Part shown: in pieces, positions 1 to 14,890 of the stretch
Position numbering within the stretch: the first letter of the stretch is position 1
Layout: each line of letters starts with the position of its first letter
Assembly: GCF_009914755.1 (NCBI RefSeq)
Contig: NC_060940.1
Origin: the human T2T-CHM13v2.0 reference genome, Homo sapiens
Direction: 5' to 3' (one strand)
DNA length: 64,000 nucleotides
Program-made: the position numbers and the translations under genes
The notes under the pieces: model-generated
Databases searched by the model: none
The model's input: only the letters and a program-made list of their open reading frames with translations
What the model was told of the DNA's origin: nothing

Positions 1-1073
1 CTAAGGGCCCTTCCCAAGGTCACCCCACAAGCAAACATTGGTGCTGGGAGAATGAGATCACCCCCAGACAGTGAAGGAATGACAGACCCACGCTTTCAAA
101 GCCCCGAAATGTGACACTCCACCAGCCCGTTGACCAGAGACTACAAGACAGTAAGTAATAAATAGATAATGGCCTGTCTCTCCTCTTGCTTTCTCCTTAA
201 AGATGCCCAGGTGGGAAACTTGTGGTTGTGATGATTAATTAATAAGTCCGCCCAGTTAACCTGAAGTTTGCAGGCCATACTGCAAGCCTAAGGCGGTCTC
301 TTTGGCAACTCATCCTTCTTTTCCGAGGCTCCAGTGGGCTTTATTCAGTGGCGGCATTGCTAGCAGCACCGCAAAAACTTCAGTCGGAGGACTTCAGAAT
401 TTGGCCTGCTCTCTATTGAACTACGATGTTTTAAAACTCCTTTCTAACCAAGTCATTTCAGAAGCAAACCTTGCACTGACTCAGAAGGCCTGTTCAGTCT
501 TCCGTGGCTCTCAGCATATAGGATTACCCTCCTTCCTCAGCCTGAATTCACGGCACCAAAAAGAAAAAGAACAGCATAAATTGGATGTGTGTTGAGTTCT
601 GAAGATACACATCAGGTGGACTTGGGAATCCAGGGAGGCTTTGGCGTGATTCCTTCTTTTCTATTCCAGCGCAAAGGCGAACAATACATCAAAGCCTTGA
701 AGGATAAGGTTTACAGCCTTCCCTCCCTCCCAGCCCCAGAGCTGGAGTGGCCTAGGACGCCACCGAAGAGGCGTAAGATATTTTGCTTCATCAAACGAAT
801 ACTGTGTGTAGGTAGAGCATAGAAGTTTAGTCTCATGAGATGACTCCATTCCTAAGGGAATCTAGAGGCTTTCTGCGGAGCACCGTGACATAGATCATAT
901 CATCCTCCTGCTTAAAACCCTCCGGCGGTTCCCCATCTCACTTAGAGTAAAATCCAGTCTCCACAGTGGCTTCCAAGAGCTCAGACTTCACTGACCCCAT
1001 CCTCTCCATCCCCTCTCTTTGCCCCCTTCCTCCAGCCACAGTTGCCCCCTTGCTGTCCCCTGGGCATGCCTAA

Positions 1074-1349
<276 letters not shown>

Positions 1350-1535
1350 TAATGCCTAACTCATTCTCACTTACAATACCCTTCCCCAGGACAAGCGTCC
1401 ATCACAACCACCCCAGCCTAGTCTCTTCCCTCAGCCTCTCTATTCACTCTTTTTTTTTTTTCATTTCTCTGCTTGATTTGCTCCAGAACACTTATCTCTA
1501 GCAGAAATTATCTTGATATTTATTTGCTTACATTG

Positions 1536-2009
1536 TGTGGCAGGCAGAGAATGTTAGCTTTTCATCCTGTCTCACTTTTTGCTTCTTCCTTGAAGTCTTG
1601 GTTTTGACAGGGAAAGGGAGCAACGTCCAGCTAAAATCTCACACTTCCCAGTGACTAAGTTCTAATCAGTGAGATCCAGATGGAGGGGGTTACTTGTCCT
1701 CCTTTCAAAGAGGAGGTAAGGGGATATTATAGCCCTCTGTCTTTTCTGCTGCCCCCCGCCTGGGACTCAGATATGGTGGTTGGAGTGTCCTGGCCCCAAA
1801 GGTGACTTCGCAGATGGCAGCCATGTGCTAAGGATGACAGAGCAGAAAGGTGGATGGAACAGCCTGGGTTGCAGACGTCCATGGTCTGCTTCTGTGTGAT
1901 GGTCCTTAGACTTCTTTAATGTGAAATAAAAATAAGCTCCCATCTACTTTGACCACTGTTATTTCCAGTCCCCCTTGCTAGCAGCTGAATACAGTTTATA
2001 ACCGATACA
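1536..2009 (+). mobile_element. ERVL solo LTR (LTR33-like)
   Basis: TGTGGCAG start; ccactgttattt...gcagctgaa...accgataca end. Confidence 0.6.
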
Positions 2010-2784
2010 TGTGTTTATTACCTGACTTTCCTGCTAGCATGTAAGCGCCACAAAACCTGGGACTTGGTGTAGTTCTCTACTGGATCTCTAGATCCTGGCA
2101 CCTAGTAAATATTTGTTGAATGAATGGATACTAAAAGCACAAAAGTCACAGAAGTCCTTCTGCCCATATCCTGGCTTTATCAGTGGACACTTAGCAAGCA
2201 TCTTCTTGATCACTGACCCAGCGGCATAGATATTTATGTGGGACAAAGCAATGTTAGTTTCCAAATGTTAGCTGTAGAAAGAGTGTCATTCATTTCCTAG
2301 GTGTACAAAATGCAGACTTGCTTTGGATTTAAGGCCAGGACACTATGACATCTTTGGAGTTCAGGGGCTTGTTAACATGACAATCCTGATGCTGCAGTGG
2401 CCTGGACTTCTTCCCTTTCTACAAAACAGCTGCACCAACATATAATTGTGCTCCTGTCATAAAACATCCATAGGCAAATGGAGCAGTTTATTATCTGTAA
2501 CCTTGGAATGAAGCGGCAGCTTAAAGACTCCATAGGTTCTTTGGCGAGAGTGAAATAGCGCCCAGGAAGTACTGGAGTCAATGACACATATCGCTCAGAG
2601 GATTAGAACTTGCCTGCAAAAATAGCTTTTGAATCAGAGTTTAAGAGTGAGTGGCAGTAATCCCAATTTTACCAAGTTCAGTTTAGTTGAAAAGTGTTGG
2701 ACTAGTGAGTGACCTAAGTTTCAGCCCCAATTAATATGACTTGTTATTTATGTGGTTGTGTGACCTGGAACAATGCTTTCACTT

Positions 2785-2924
2785 AAGGGCACTAATCCCT
2801 TTCATAAGGGTACCACCCTCATGACCTAATTACCTCCCAAAGGCCGACCTTCAGATACTGTCACATTAGAGGCTAGGAGTTTAAGATATGACTTTTAGGA
2901 GGACACAGACATTTAGTCCGTAAC
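2785..2924 (-). mobile_element. MaLR LTR fragment (MLT1A/B-like)
   Basis: ccctcatgacctaattacctcccaaagg...acatttagtccgtaaca. Confidence 0.7.
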
Positions 2925-3310
2925 AGATGATTGTCACTGCTTCAAGTGGTGTCAGCTGTGTTGTCCTAGGGCTGGAGGCCCCAAGATGGACTCATCTGTT
3001 AAGGCCTTGGCACTAGCTGTGGCCTCATTTTCAAACTGGGATTACACCTTTCTTTGCTGCCCTAGTAGTGAGGATCACATGGGATAATGCATATGGACGT
3101 AAGCCATACTGTTTATATATATAACTACAGTTTTTTTAGAGATGGGAAGACCTTTAGGGATTGTCTAACTCAAGCCCTCATTGTACAGATCTAAGTAATG
3201 ATGGCCAGAAAGTCACAGTTTTGCCCAAGATCCTAGGGTAAAGTAGTGGCAGAACTGGGTCTTTAACTCTCAGACCAGTGCTCTCCCTACTATACCATCT
3301 GGCTTGTTAG

Positions 3311-3578
<268 letters not shown>

Positions 3579-3629
3579 TAAGGAGATACAATTCAGATGC
3601 AAGATGCTTTCAATCCCTTGTGCACTCCA

Positions 3630-4155
3630 CAGTATTTATTGCTGCTACCATGTGTCAAACTCTGCTCTAGGCTTTGAGGATATAGCAGTGAGCAAAACAG
3701 ACAGAAATCCCTGCCTTCAGAGAGCTTAGCTCATGTGCGTGTGCACACACAGACACACACACGCACACACAAATGGCATCAAGTGCTACAGAGAAAAATA
3801 GGACAGTGAAGGAAGATGGGGAGTGCTAGAGTTGGGGGACAGGGAGGGGAGATGTTTGCTGTCCTGAGTAAGGCGGTCAAGGAAGGTCTCCCTGATTGGA
3901 TTAAGGAGTGACCTGAAGGGGTAAGGGGAGGAAGCCATGTGGATATTTTAGGGGAGGAGTGTTCAAGGGAGAAGGAGCAGCAGGTTCTAATATGCTGAGA
4001 CTGCTCTTGGCCCCTTCAGGGTGAGCAAATAAGCCGGTCTGACTGGAGCACAGTGAACAATGGGATGAGTGCAAGGAGAGGGCAGAGAATCGGGGTCAGG
4101 AAAGGGTCCATCATGGAGGGCCCTGTGGACCACTGTAAGAATTTTGACTTTGACT
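3630..4155 (-). mobile_element. L2 fragment containing a (CA)n tract
   Basis: tatttattg..ctaccatgtgtcaaac...gcaaaacagacagaaatccctgcc. Confidence 0.65.
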
Positions 4156-6335
4156 CAGCTTTTAAATCAGTTTAATTCATCAGAAGACTGATATGATCTT
4201 TATAAATTAGCATTTTTCTTTTGACCCACCATTTTCTCCCTAATCCTGAATTTGAACTGTGTCACACAGTTGGTATTAGATGCTACTGAGTTCCCTACCC
4301 TAAGTGACCTGTTAGTGAATGTTTCTAAAGAAGAGAAATCCAGAAAGACCCAGGAACCTCATGTTCCAAATAAGGTTAAAATGAACTTGTGAGGTGTTTC
4401 TTGGCATCCAAAAACCAATTAAGCAGGTTACACGGAAGTAGTTCTAAAAACAGCAGTTCAGTGGCAGGAGACTGACAGGTGAGCAGATGGAGGAATCATC
4501 AACTCAAATTTATTTCATAGCCTACAACTCAAATGAGCATTCCAAAGTCAGAACAGCTGGCCTTTTATTCTGTAAGCCATTGTCCCTTGCTTTGCTTATC
4601 TCTCAGGAGTATGAGTGGATTATACTCACTGGCAGTCTGTCTGTCGGTCTTTGACTTTGCAGGGGAAAATCCTTTGTAGAAAAACAGGCTGTTTGTGTAA
4701 ATCAGATTTTTCTGTAATGTCTGCCGCTTCCTGCAGATTGTGAAGTTTCTAGATATGGCATTGGCCTTTTAGCTTTTATTTTCATAACTGTATTCGTTAC
4801 TTACATGACTGCTATTATTTACTCAGAATCAAGTTGATTCTGAGTGAATGGAATTGAACCACATAGTCAAAAAGCACAGTCTTCCAATTTGCAAGAAGAA
4901 ATGTTTTTTAGAATGTTGTAGTGCGTTTAAAAATCACAGCCACCTTGGATTTCTAATCAGAAGTTATTCTGGAATCTTTCTGAAGTTTGAGACTGTCCCA
5001 TGCAAACGTTACTTAAATTTCAAGCAACAGGGAAGTCATGAGATTTGGAAAGGGTTATCTTTTCTCAATCATGGTCCTTTGTGGAGTTCTGTGGTGACAG
5101 AGGACAGCGGAGAGACCGTATTCTGTGGCTGAAAGGAGGGCTTGATACTACCCGGTGGGGATTTTGTTCCAGTAATTGCATCAAATTGGACCTGCTGCCA
5201 TGTCGTAGGTATAGCATGAATATCATTCATTAAGTCATGCACCTATATGCCTTCCCTCCCAATGGCTGAGTCACTAGCAGAATATATTTTCTTCCAAAGT
5301 GTTTGTTTTCATTGTTGCCCTTTAAAAATAATGAGTTCATTCTATTCCCTTGCAAGGAAAGTTACTCTAGACTGCTTTGAAATTGTATATCTTTTGTTGA
5401 GCACATTTCTGCAGTGGTTCCATAGCATTGTGTGCTGGGGAACCCAACCCGGCCTCTCTTAAAGCGTCCAACCAAGCGGCCTCCGACTTGATACATATAA
5501 TCGTCCAGCTCATTTGACCTTTATATTGTTACCTTTGGGCAGGTAGAAGTCATGCAAGTTTCGGGTGACCCTATCATGTGACCAGAGATCAAAGGTCAGC
5601 AGCTCCTAAATGTTCGGCTGTCAAGATAGCCCATTCATCACTATCATTATGTAACTGACAAGCCCACAAATGAACTGGGGGATAAAATTATTCTCAGCCC
5701 TCTACCTCCTGGGTTTACACCTCAGTGGTGGGCCAAGCAGTCTCACGTATTAAGTGGTTCCAAGGGCCTGCCACAGTCCCTGAAGTAGGGGGAGGACTTC
5801 AGGAGACCTATTTCATGTGCCAGACCCTGGGAAGTCACCAGCTGCCTGCCTGGGGAGCCAAGTTGCCGCTCTACAGGACTCTACAGCGGCCTGAGTCTGG
5901 TTTCCTCTGAAATGGAGCTGAATTGAATGTTAGTTCTTTCTGGACCCAAAGACACGTATGTCTCCCCCACCGCAACCCACCTTTAGCATCTTTGTGGTCC
6001 TTTGTGGCAGGTTAACACAGTGCAGTGTTTTCACCAACTGGCCTGATCTTAAGAGTCACCTATGAAAATGAAGATTCCCAGGACATTCACCTGGAAAGTC
6101 TGACTTAGGACCAGGTGCCATTAGGAAACTCAGTTTCTAACAAGGGCCCAAATGATTCTCGTGATGTCTGTATTTTGGAAGAATGCAAAGAGATTTTGAA
6201 TCAGACAATTTTGGCTTCAAATCCTGACCCTATCCCTTGTTTGGCTGTGAAATCATGGATGGGTTAGTTAATCTTCTGGGCCTCATTTTCAATTTTGAGG
6301 ACAAACATTTTAATAGAAGATGTATAGAATCCTAG

Positions 6336-6662
<327 letters not shown>

Positions 6663-7118
6663 TATTGGCTCTTTTAAATGTTTTTATTAGTATTCTTATT
6701 ATCCCTTTGGTGTGAGAGGAGATGTCATCGAAAGAGCATTGGCATGAGGTACAATGTCTTTATAATCTCTCCCATGTCAACAAAAGTCTCTGATAAACCT
6801 ACAGGGGCGGTTTTGAGAGGGACAGGAGAAAGGCAGTGCTGTGAGGATCACACATGCTCATCACATGGCTTGGGAGGTGCCCTGGTGGATCCCGCACACT
6901 GTAGCAGTAAAGGGGAAAAGGCAGGGCACTCCTCTGGACCCCTGAAGAAAGCGTGGAGATGCCTTTGAGCTATTTCATGACCATAAGTGGCCCTGACTTC
7001 CAAACCAGCAAGGGGCTCTTGCATCCCTTATCTCCTCATCTTCTGACCTCCTGGAGGTACGATCTGAGCACTTTTACCCTCACCCCATAGAGCCTTTACC
7101 ATAGGCCAGAGGAACTGG

Positions 7119-8296
7119 GTTTTTTTCTTTCTTTTTTTTTTTCCACTTTTATTTTAGGTTTAGGGGTATGTGTGGAGGTTTGTTACATAGGTAAACATGT
7201 GTCACGGAAGTTTGAGGTACAGATTATTTCATCACCCGGTTATTAAGCCCAGTACCCAATAGCTATCTTTTCTGCTCTCCCCCTCCTCGCACACTCCCTG
7301 CTCAAGTAGACTCCAGTGTCTCTTGTTTCCTTCTTTGTGTTCATAGGTTCTTATCATTTAACTCCCACTTAAAAGTGAGAACATGCAGGATTTGTTCCAG
7401 GGTTAGTTTGCTAAGGATAATAGCCTCCAGCTCCATCCACGTTCCCATAGAAGATACGATCTTGTTTTTTGTTATGGCTGCATTGTATTCCATGGTGTAT
7501 ATGTGGATCTTGTTGTTTTTTATGGCTTTATTGTATTCCAGGGTGTGTATATTTTCTTTATTTAATCTTTCATTGATAGGCATTCAGGTTGATTCCATGT
7601 CTTTGCTATTGTGAATAGTGCTGCGGTGAACATTTGCATGCATGTGTCTTTATGGCAGAATGATTTATATTCCTCTGAGTGTATACCCGGTAATGGGATT
7701 GCTGGGCTGAATATTAGTTCTGCTTTTAGCTCTTTCGGGAATTGCTATACTGCTTTCCACAATGGCTGGACTAAATGACACTGCCACCAACAGTGTATAA
7801 GTGTTCCCTTTTCTCCCCAACCTCGCCAGCATCTGTTATTTTTTTACTTTTAATAATAGCCATTCTGACTGGTGTGAGATGATATCTCATTGTGGTTTTG
7901 ATTTGCATTTCTCTAATAATCAGGGCTATTGAGCTTTCTTTCATATGCTAGTTGGCTGCATGTATGCTTTTTTTTGAAAAGTGCCTGTTCGTGTTCTTTG
8001 CCCACTTTTTAATGGGGTTGTTTTTCTCTGGTACATTTGTTTAAGTTCTTTATAGATGCTGGATATTAGACCTTTGTCAGATGCATAATTTGCAAACATT
8101 TTCTCCCATTCTGCAGGTCATCTGTTTACTCTGTTGATAGTTTCTTTTGCTGTGCAGAAGCTCTTAAGTTTAATTAGATCCTACTTATCAACTTTTGCTT
8201 TTGAAACCCTGGAAGACAAACTAGGCAATAGCATCCTGGACATAGGAATGGACAGAAATTTCATGAAAAAGACACCAAAAGCAATCATAACAAGAG
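7119..8296 (-). mobile_element. Older primate L1 (L1PA13-16/L1PB-like), 5'-truncated with a 5' inversion
   Basis: L1 3' UTR/ORF2 antisense 7119-8202, then a sense L1 ORF2 piece 8203-8296. Confidence 0.85.
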
Positions 8297-8437
8297 CAGG
8301 GGAGCTCTTAACCATGATTTACAGTGAGACACTCTGGTTCCATAGCCAGGATGATGGGAAACCTTTACCAAAACAAATCTCTTCTTGGAATCCCAAGTTG
8401 GAACTCTGAATGTTCTATCTCATGAAAAATAACAATC

Positions 8438-8568
8438 AGCTGGGCATTGTTTTGCGTGCCTGTAATCCCAGCTATGTAAGAGGCTGAGAAAGGAGGATCA
8501 CTTGAGTCCAGGAATTCTAGACCAGTCTGGGCAACCTAGAGTGACCCCATCTCAAAACAAAACAAAAA
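8438..8568 (+). mobile_element. FLAM/Alu left monomer
   Basis: Alu monomer with A-rich tail. Confidence 0.8.
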
Positions 8569-8880
8569 GCCCTGATGTTCATGGCTATTTCACTTTATAG
8601 TATTATTAATATTATATTTCAGACAAACTGTAGGTCATGTAGGTGCTGAGGGAAAGAATTGGGAACTGTGAAAACCATTGTTTATATAGAAGCTGTCTTT
8701 TGAGTTCCAAACAAATGTGGAGAACGTAAGACATTGACAGCAGCTGGGTACCGCCTGCACTGTCTCCTTCTCCAAGGCAGCAGGATGGCATAGACCCACA
8801 GGAAGGACTCTCTAATTATGCTAATTGGCCAAGATCCAGGCAGCAGAGTTATCTATGCTAAATGGAAGAAAGATTTCTTG

Positions 8881-9177
8881 TCTGTGCATGGTGGCTTATG
8901 CTTGTAATCTTGACCCTTTGAGAGGCCAAGGCAGGAGGATCACTTGAGCCCAGGAGTTTGAGACCAACCTGTGCAACAAAGGGAGATGCTATCTCTACAA
9001 AAAACAAAAACAAAAATAGCCAGATGTGGTGATGCCTGCCTGTACTCCCACCTACTTGGGAGGCTGAGGATCACTGGAGCCCAGGAGTTGGAGGCTTCAG
9101 TGAGCTATGACTGTGCCACTGTGCTCCAGCCTGGGTGATGGAGTGAGACCCTGTGTCGAAAAAAGAAAGAAAGAAAG
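8881..9177 (+). mobile_element. AluJ
   Basis: Dimer with TSD aagaaaga(t/g)ttcttg. Confidence 0.88.
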
Positions 9178-10316
9178 AGTTCTTGAAAAATGGATGGTAT
9201 TTATGTGGCTGAATGGCGTTATGTTGGTATTCAAAAGCACTTCAGGTATATTTGGCAGTCAAAGGGTTTTTAAAGCACCTGAACAGCCTATCTTATATAG
9301 GACTTCTCACCTCTTCCCAGAAGCGTGAGGCCCAAAAGTAGATGTATATACAACTGGAAGTTAAGCCAAACCCGGCTTCTCAAGTGGTCATGGTTGAAGA
9401 ACACTAACTACTAAAAAGGTGTATTGACCCGGGGGAAAAAAAGCTGACCCCTAGGGAGAAGTCTGGCTTTTCCTCACTCTCTGATGTGTGTTGACTTTAC
9501 TGATCTGGAAACATTAACGTGGGGAACAGAGGCAAGAGGTTAAAAGCCTTTCAAAGAAAAAGTGAACGTGTCTTTTGTCAAAACTCATTTAGGAATTGGT
9601 TTGGTTTAGTGGTTCTACAATAGGTAAACTGAGTTATTTGACATGCTGACTTGATAAAGCCACCTTTGTCCGAGTAGACCGTTATGATAGCTGTAAGTAT
9701 GACTGGGTGACTATTTACTTGTAAAGTTGTCCACAGTGTCATGATAGCAGTGACAAAAGTCCAAAAAGACACATTACAAATTCATTGACTTGTTCTTTTC
9801 AGAGGATTTAGAGTGTCAAGGGAAAGATTATTATAAACTAGACTGCAAATTTTTTTCACCACTCGCTATAACAGATTATTTGGAGCAAAATATGGTGAGA
9901 CTATGAAAAACAGTGCAATGGAGTGTCCTCTTCCATGAGGTTAGATTTTAAATGTAGCGCTTAAGGTAGGCATCATGGAGGTGAGAATTATACATGGAAA
10001 TCCCTTCAATTTGTACATCAGGTACTGGCAGGGATTTAGATACCACGTTAATATGAAAAATACTTATCTTTACACCCTGGAATCACTCTGTATGGCAAGA
10101 CATTTGCCACACAAATACACATTAGAGTGAAATGAACCCTCAAGATACTGAATTGAACAGAGGACATTAGGGTCCCATATTGGTCTCACGCTCCCTTTAA
10201 AGCAAAAGGCCATTGAGAGGATTGTTGCCCTATGACATCATTATTTCCTGCTGATCTGGCAGGTGGGTTTTGCAGGTTCATGTGGACTTGATGTAACACC
10301 AATGTTTTCTACCTGA

Positions 10317-10619
<303 letters not shown>

Positions 10620-11777
10620 CCTGAGGCCTCTTAAGCCTTGGTATTGGCTTATGCTATTGCACATTAGGAGAATGCATTATCATGTAGCTGATGCCCTCAA
10701 ACAGACTCCTACTCAGCATTTGGCCAAGTGACTGTCAACTCCTTAAATTCAACTTCCAGAAAAAACACTGACTTAAAGAAGAGGAGACTTTTAAACACTG
10801 GGTATTTTCTGATGAAGCTGTCCATTTAAACTGCTCTAGTCTTTAGAAGTGTGATGTCTTTCGTTTTTATTTGCGAGCGTTACAAGCCCTTCTGGCCAGC
10901 GTTGCATGATCACTAGATTGATCAGCGAGGTTTTAAAAATAGGACTTGTATCACATAAGAAGAGGGATACTGAGGCATAATTATACATTTATATGGTAGT
11001 TTACATATTTTAGAGTGCTTTTATATGTGTTATTTGATTTTATCTTCACATAACCCGGTAAAGCAGAGAAGCATTAACTTCATTGTAATAGTTGAGGAAA
11101 CTAAGAGATTGAGATATTTTTCTCAAGGTCACCCAGGGAATATATTAATAATTAGAGATAGTTTATGCCCTCAGAAGCTGAACATGTATCTTTTATTTCT
11201 ATAGACTGTAGATACTTATGCTGTAAGGGCCTCACAGTCAAAAGAATGAAAAGAAGAAAACTAGGTTTTGTCAGTCATCTGACATAATAATAGTCCTTCT
11301 AGAAACTGGAGGTAAAAACAACATTTGCTTCTTTCCTCTGAAATGATTTGGAATGTCCTGCATATTTAAATTTGACAAGAATAGCTGACTAGTCAATGGA
11401 CAGGATCCATTTTAGTCCAAATGGAAATCCATGAAAAAGATGGAACGGAGTGAAAAGGGCAGCCAGCCAGATGTCCAGGGGTCTGACCCGCCCTGGCTCA
11501 CTTGCACACCGTTCCATCAAACCTTGAGTAAGGCAGCCCTCACTCAAACTGGGGATCCAAATACCTACCCCTGCCATCTCTCCTAGATTATTAGGAAAGT
11601 AAGAAGCAGTGCTGTGGATTGACATTATTCGGGACATTTAAACATTGTACAAAATGTAATTGTTATTTTAATTAGGAGTTGTTCTCCTCTTTCCCACTGA
11701 AGAATTCCCTCTTAGGAGTTCATTTCTGTTATCTCTTCAGTGGCCCATGCTTGGTAATATTTCTCCATCAAGTTCTA

Positions 11778-11780
<3 letters not shown>

Positions 11781-11822
<42 letters not shown>
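11781..11822. repeat. (TG)21 microsatellite
   Basis: Read directly. Confidence 0.97.
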
Positions 11823-11827
<5 letters not shown>

Positions 11828-12450
11828 TACATTTGCTTATTCTGATGAATCTTTCAGCAGAAACCATTTCTCCTGAAATCTTTATCATTTCATCAAGAGT
11901 AATGGAAATGTTACCTGTCCTTTATTTGTTGCAAAATTTAGGGACAAGGAAGAAGACCGTGTATGTTTTCTTAAAATCAATGGCCAGCACATTACTGTAA
12001 AACCTATTGATTAAAAACACAAAGTATAATGTTAGTCATTTAGTCTGTGAAGTGATGCAATAAGGGAAGAAATTTATCCTTTGACTTTTGCATTAACCTT
12101 TTATTGACTGCTTGCATACCCATAATTAACACACACTTTAGCTAAAGTGGTTAATTTTAGCATGGTGACCAGTGTTCACTAATGTAGCTGCAATCCCGAT
12201 CTTCTAAATGTAAGTGCAGCCCTGGGGGAAATCAGCGGGCAGTGACGCCCTTCATGAGTTACACCTTGGTCAGGAGGACCTCTAGACAATCTGCTAGCAG
12301 CCAGCCAATGTGACACCTTTCGGCTGCTTCCTGTTACGTCACTAGGTCATTCAGGGAGAACCACTCCTAAGTAGCTGAGAGTTTTAGGAGGTGGTTTATA
12401 GAGTGCTTTGAGTCAAAATAATGTGAATTTAGGAAGGAGAGAGAGAAAAA

Positions 12451-13170
12451 GTATATATATAATATATATACTTTATATACACATATAATATGTAATATAG
12501 TATATATTGTATATAATTATATGTATTTATTATATAATTATTTTATATATTATATAATATTAGATATAATTATTCTATATATTTATTATATAATTATAAT
12601 AATAGTTATATCATATAATTATATAATAAATATATAAATTTATAAATTACATATAATAGTTATATCATTATATATTATATAATAAATATATAAAATTATA
12701 TAATTGTTACAATTGTATGTAATAGTTATATAATTATATATTAAATATATAAAATATATAATTGTATAATAATAAATACATATAATTGTATATTTTAATA
12801 AATATATAATTACATATTATATATACTTATTATATATAATTTATGTATATCATTATATATAATAATTATATATAATAATATAATAAATATATTATTGTAT
12901 ATAAATATATAATACACGATATATAATATATTAAAAGTATATGTACCTACTATATTATGTATATACTTTATCTCTCTTCCTCCTAAATTTGTATTATAAA
13001 TTCACATTACATATTATATATTATACATAATATATAATAAAGTATATAGTATAAAATACGTATATATAAAATATTTGTATTTATTATATTTAAAATATTT
13101 ATATATAAAATAATAGGTATACATATAAAGCATATGTTTACAATATTTTATGTGTATATACATATTATTT
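12451..13170. repeat. AT-rich low-complexity tract
   Basis: About 700 bp of almost pure A/T TATA-type repeats. Confidence 0.95.
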
Positions 13171-14649
13171 TCCTTTGCTCTCCTTGAACTGCTTCATGAA
13201 AGGGGCAGTATTTTCTGAACAGATCCAAGTTTATTTGCTAACCCAAGAAACATTTTAAAAAATGGGATTTTTCCTTAGGATAGGATTAGAGAGGACAGGA
13301 TTGAAAGGGGAAACTGTAACTTTCTAATTGTTTAGCTGGGTTCAGTAGGACTTGGGAATGACACTGAGAAGGGAATCTTGTTAACTTTCTTTAGCAACAT
13401 TATCCAGCCCTAGTCCTGAAAATTGGCTTATTTTCATGCAAAGGCCAGTGTGGATGGACCAGCATTCTCTTGTTTTCTGGGCAGAAATTTGTCCCAAATA
13501 GAAATACTATTTGAAACAAAACCAAATGTCAGTGTTTTCATGGGTTCATACCCAGGTATTCTCTGCACACACTACGCTGTATCAACCACAACATCTCAGT
13601 TTGGAGAGACTATCTGCATTCACTTGGCTAAGGCAATGGATGTTATAAAAGGCAGGAAATAACTGACAGCAAGGAAGCATGGCCGGCATATCAGCTAGGA
13701 TTCTTTACAGAAAAACCTAACTCAGACAATAAAGTCTCATGAAACTGAAACATCTAAGTGAAGCATGACTCAGATACTCAAACAGCATCGTACAGGACCC
13801 ACCCCTTGCTGGACGGCAGCAAAATGTTGATGGCAGTTCCACATCACACATCCTAATTGTTCATAGGCCAGGAGAGGAGAAAGTCTTTTCCTTTAGCTCC
13901 CATACCAGTCCTCTGATTTATTCTCTTGATTTTGCCCCATATTGGGTCATGTGCCTCCTCTTAAACCACTCCCTGTGGCTAGGACAGCGTGATGTACTGA
14001 CGTAGCTTAAGCCAATCAAGGCTCTCCCCTGGCTGTAGAGGTGGAGCTAGTCCCACCCACATCAAGTCATGAAGCATGGGGAAGGGACAGGTACCCCACA
14101 GGAAAATTAGAATCCTGTTGGTGGAACGGTGGGAGTAAATACAGGACAACAAATTTCCATCACAGTCAGTATTCCTCACACATTTCGTAAGACAATTTGG
14201 GGCCCCTTTATTTTGCAAGAGACTATGTAGAGTATTGTGTGCTAAGAAACAATCCAACTTTATTTCCTGTAAATACAAAATCAGTCTGGAACAACCACCA
14301 TTTGGAAGGCCAGACGACAATGCCTTTTATCAATCCTAGGTCTTCAGGAATAACTGCTGATCCCTTCTGAATCTGAACATTTTAGCCTGACACTGGAAAG
14401 TTGTAGCAGCTTGAATACATAAGCCTCAGGGTCTTGGAATGTCAAAATGTGATAGGATCCAGCCTTAGGTGCAATTTGATTCAAGCCAGACAGAGCTGCT
14501 CCTGTATCCCCAGAGCTTCCCCTAGAAGGAGTCTGTCTAGAGGCTACGCACCCAGTTAGTATGAAGGAAGGAGACTGCCCAAGTATAACAGGCAACTCTC
14601 TCATTGGCATTTCTCATCTGCCACTGGTACCTGGAGTAGAAGTAACGAT

Positions 14650-14890
14650 AGTGGTAATATTATTTTATAGGTATTGGGCGCTTGCTATGTGCCAGGAAAT
14701 GTTCTAAACACTGCGTATAATTCATGTAATCTTCACATCAACCCCATAAGTAAGATACTATTATTACCGTCACCACTTGACAGATAAGAAACTGAGGCTC
14801 AGCGAGGTAACAAAACCTGCCCAAGACGTCATGCCCCTGGAGAGCAGCAATTCCGGCAATCAAGAGAACACACTCTTTACCACCATGCTG
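14650..14890 (-). mobile_element. MIR
   Basis: MIR core acagataagaaactgaggctcagcgagg...cctgcccaag. Confidence 0.75.

Noticed and set aside
302-849. Short ORFs at the window start
   Set aside because: No recognisable homology or exon structure; intronic chance ORFs.
1807-1821. CTCF-like core ttcgcagatggcagc in the LTR33-like element
   Set aside because: Lacks the 5' CC of the consensus; a single motif without ChIP data is not supportable.
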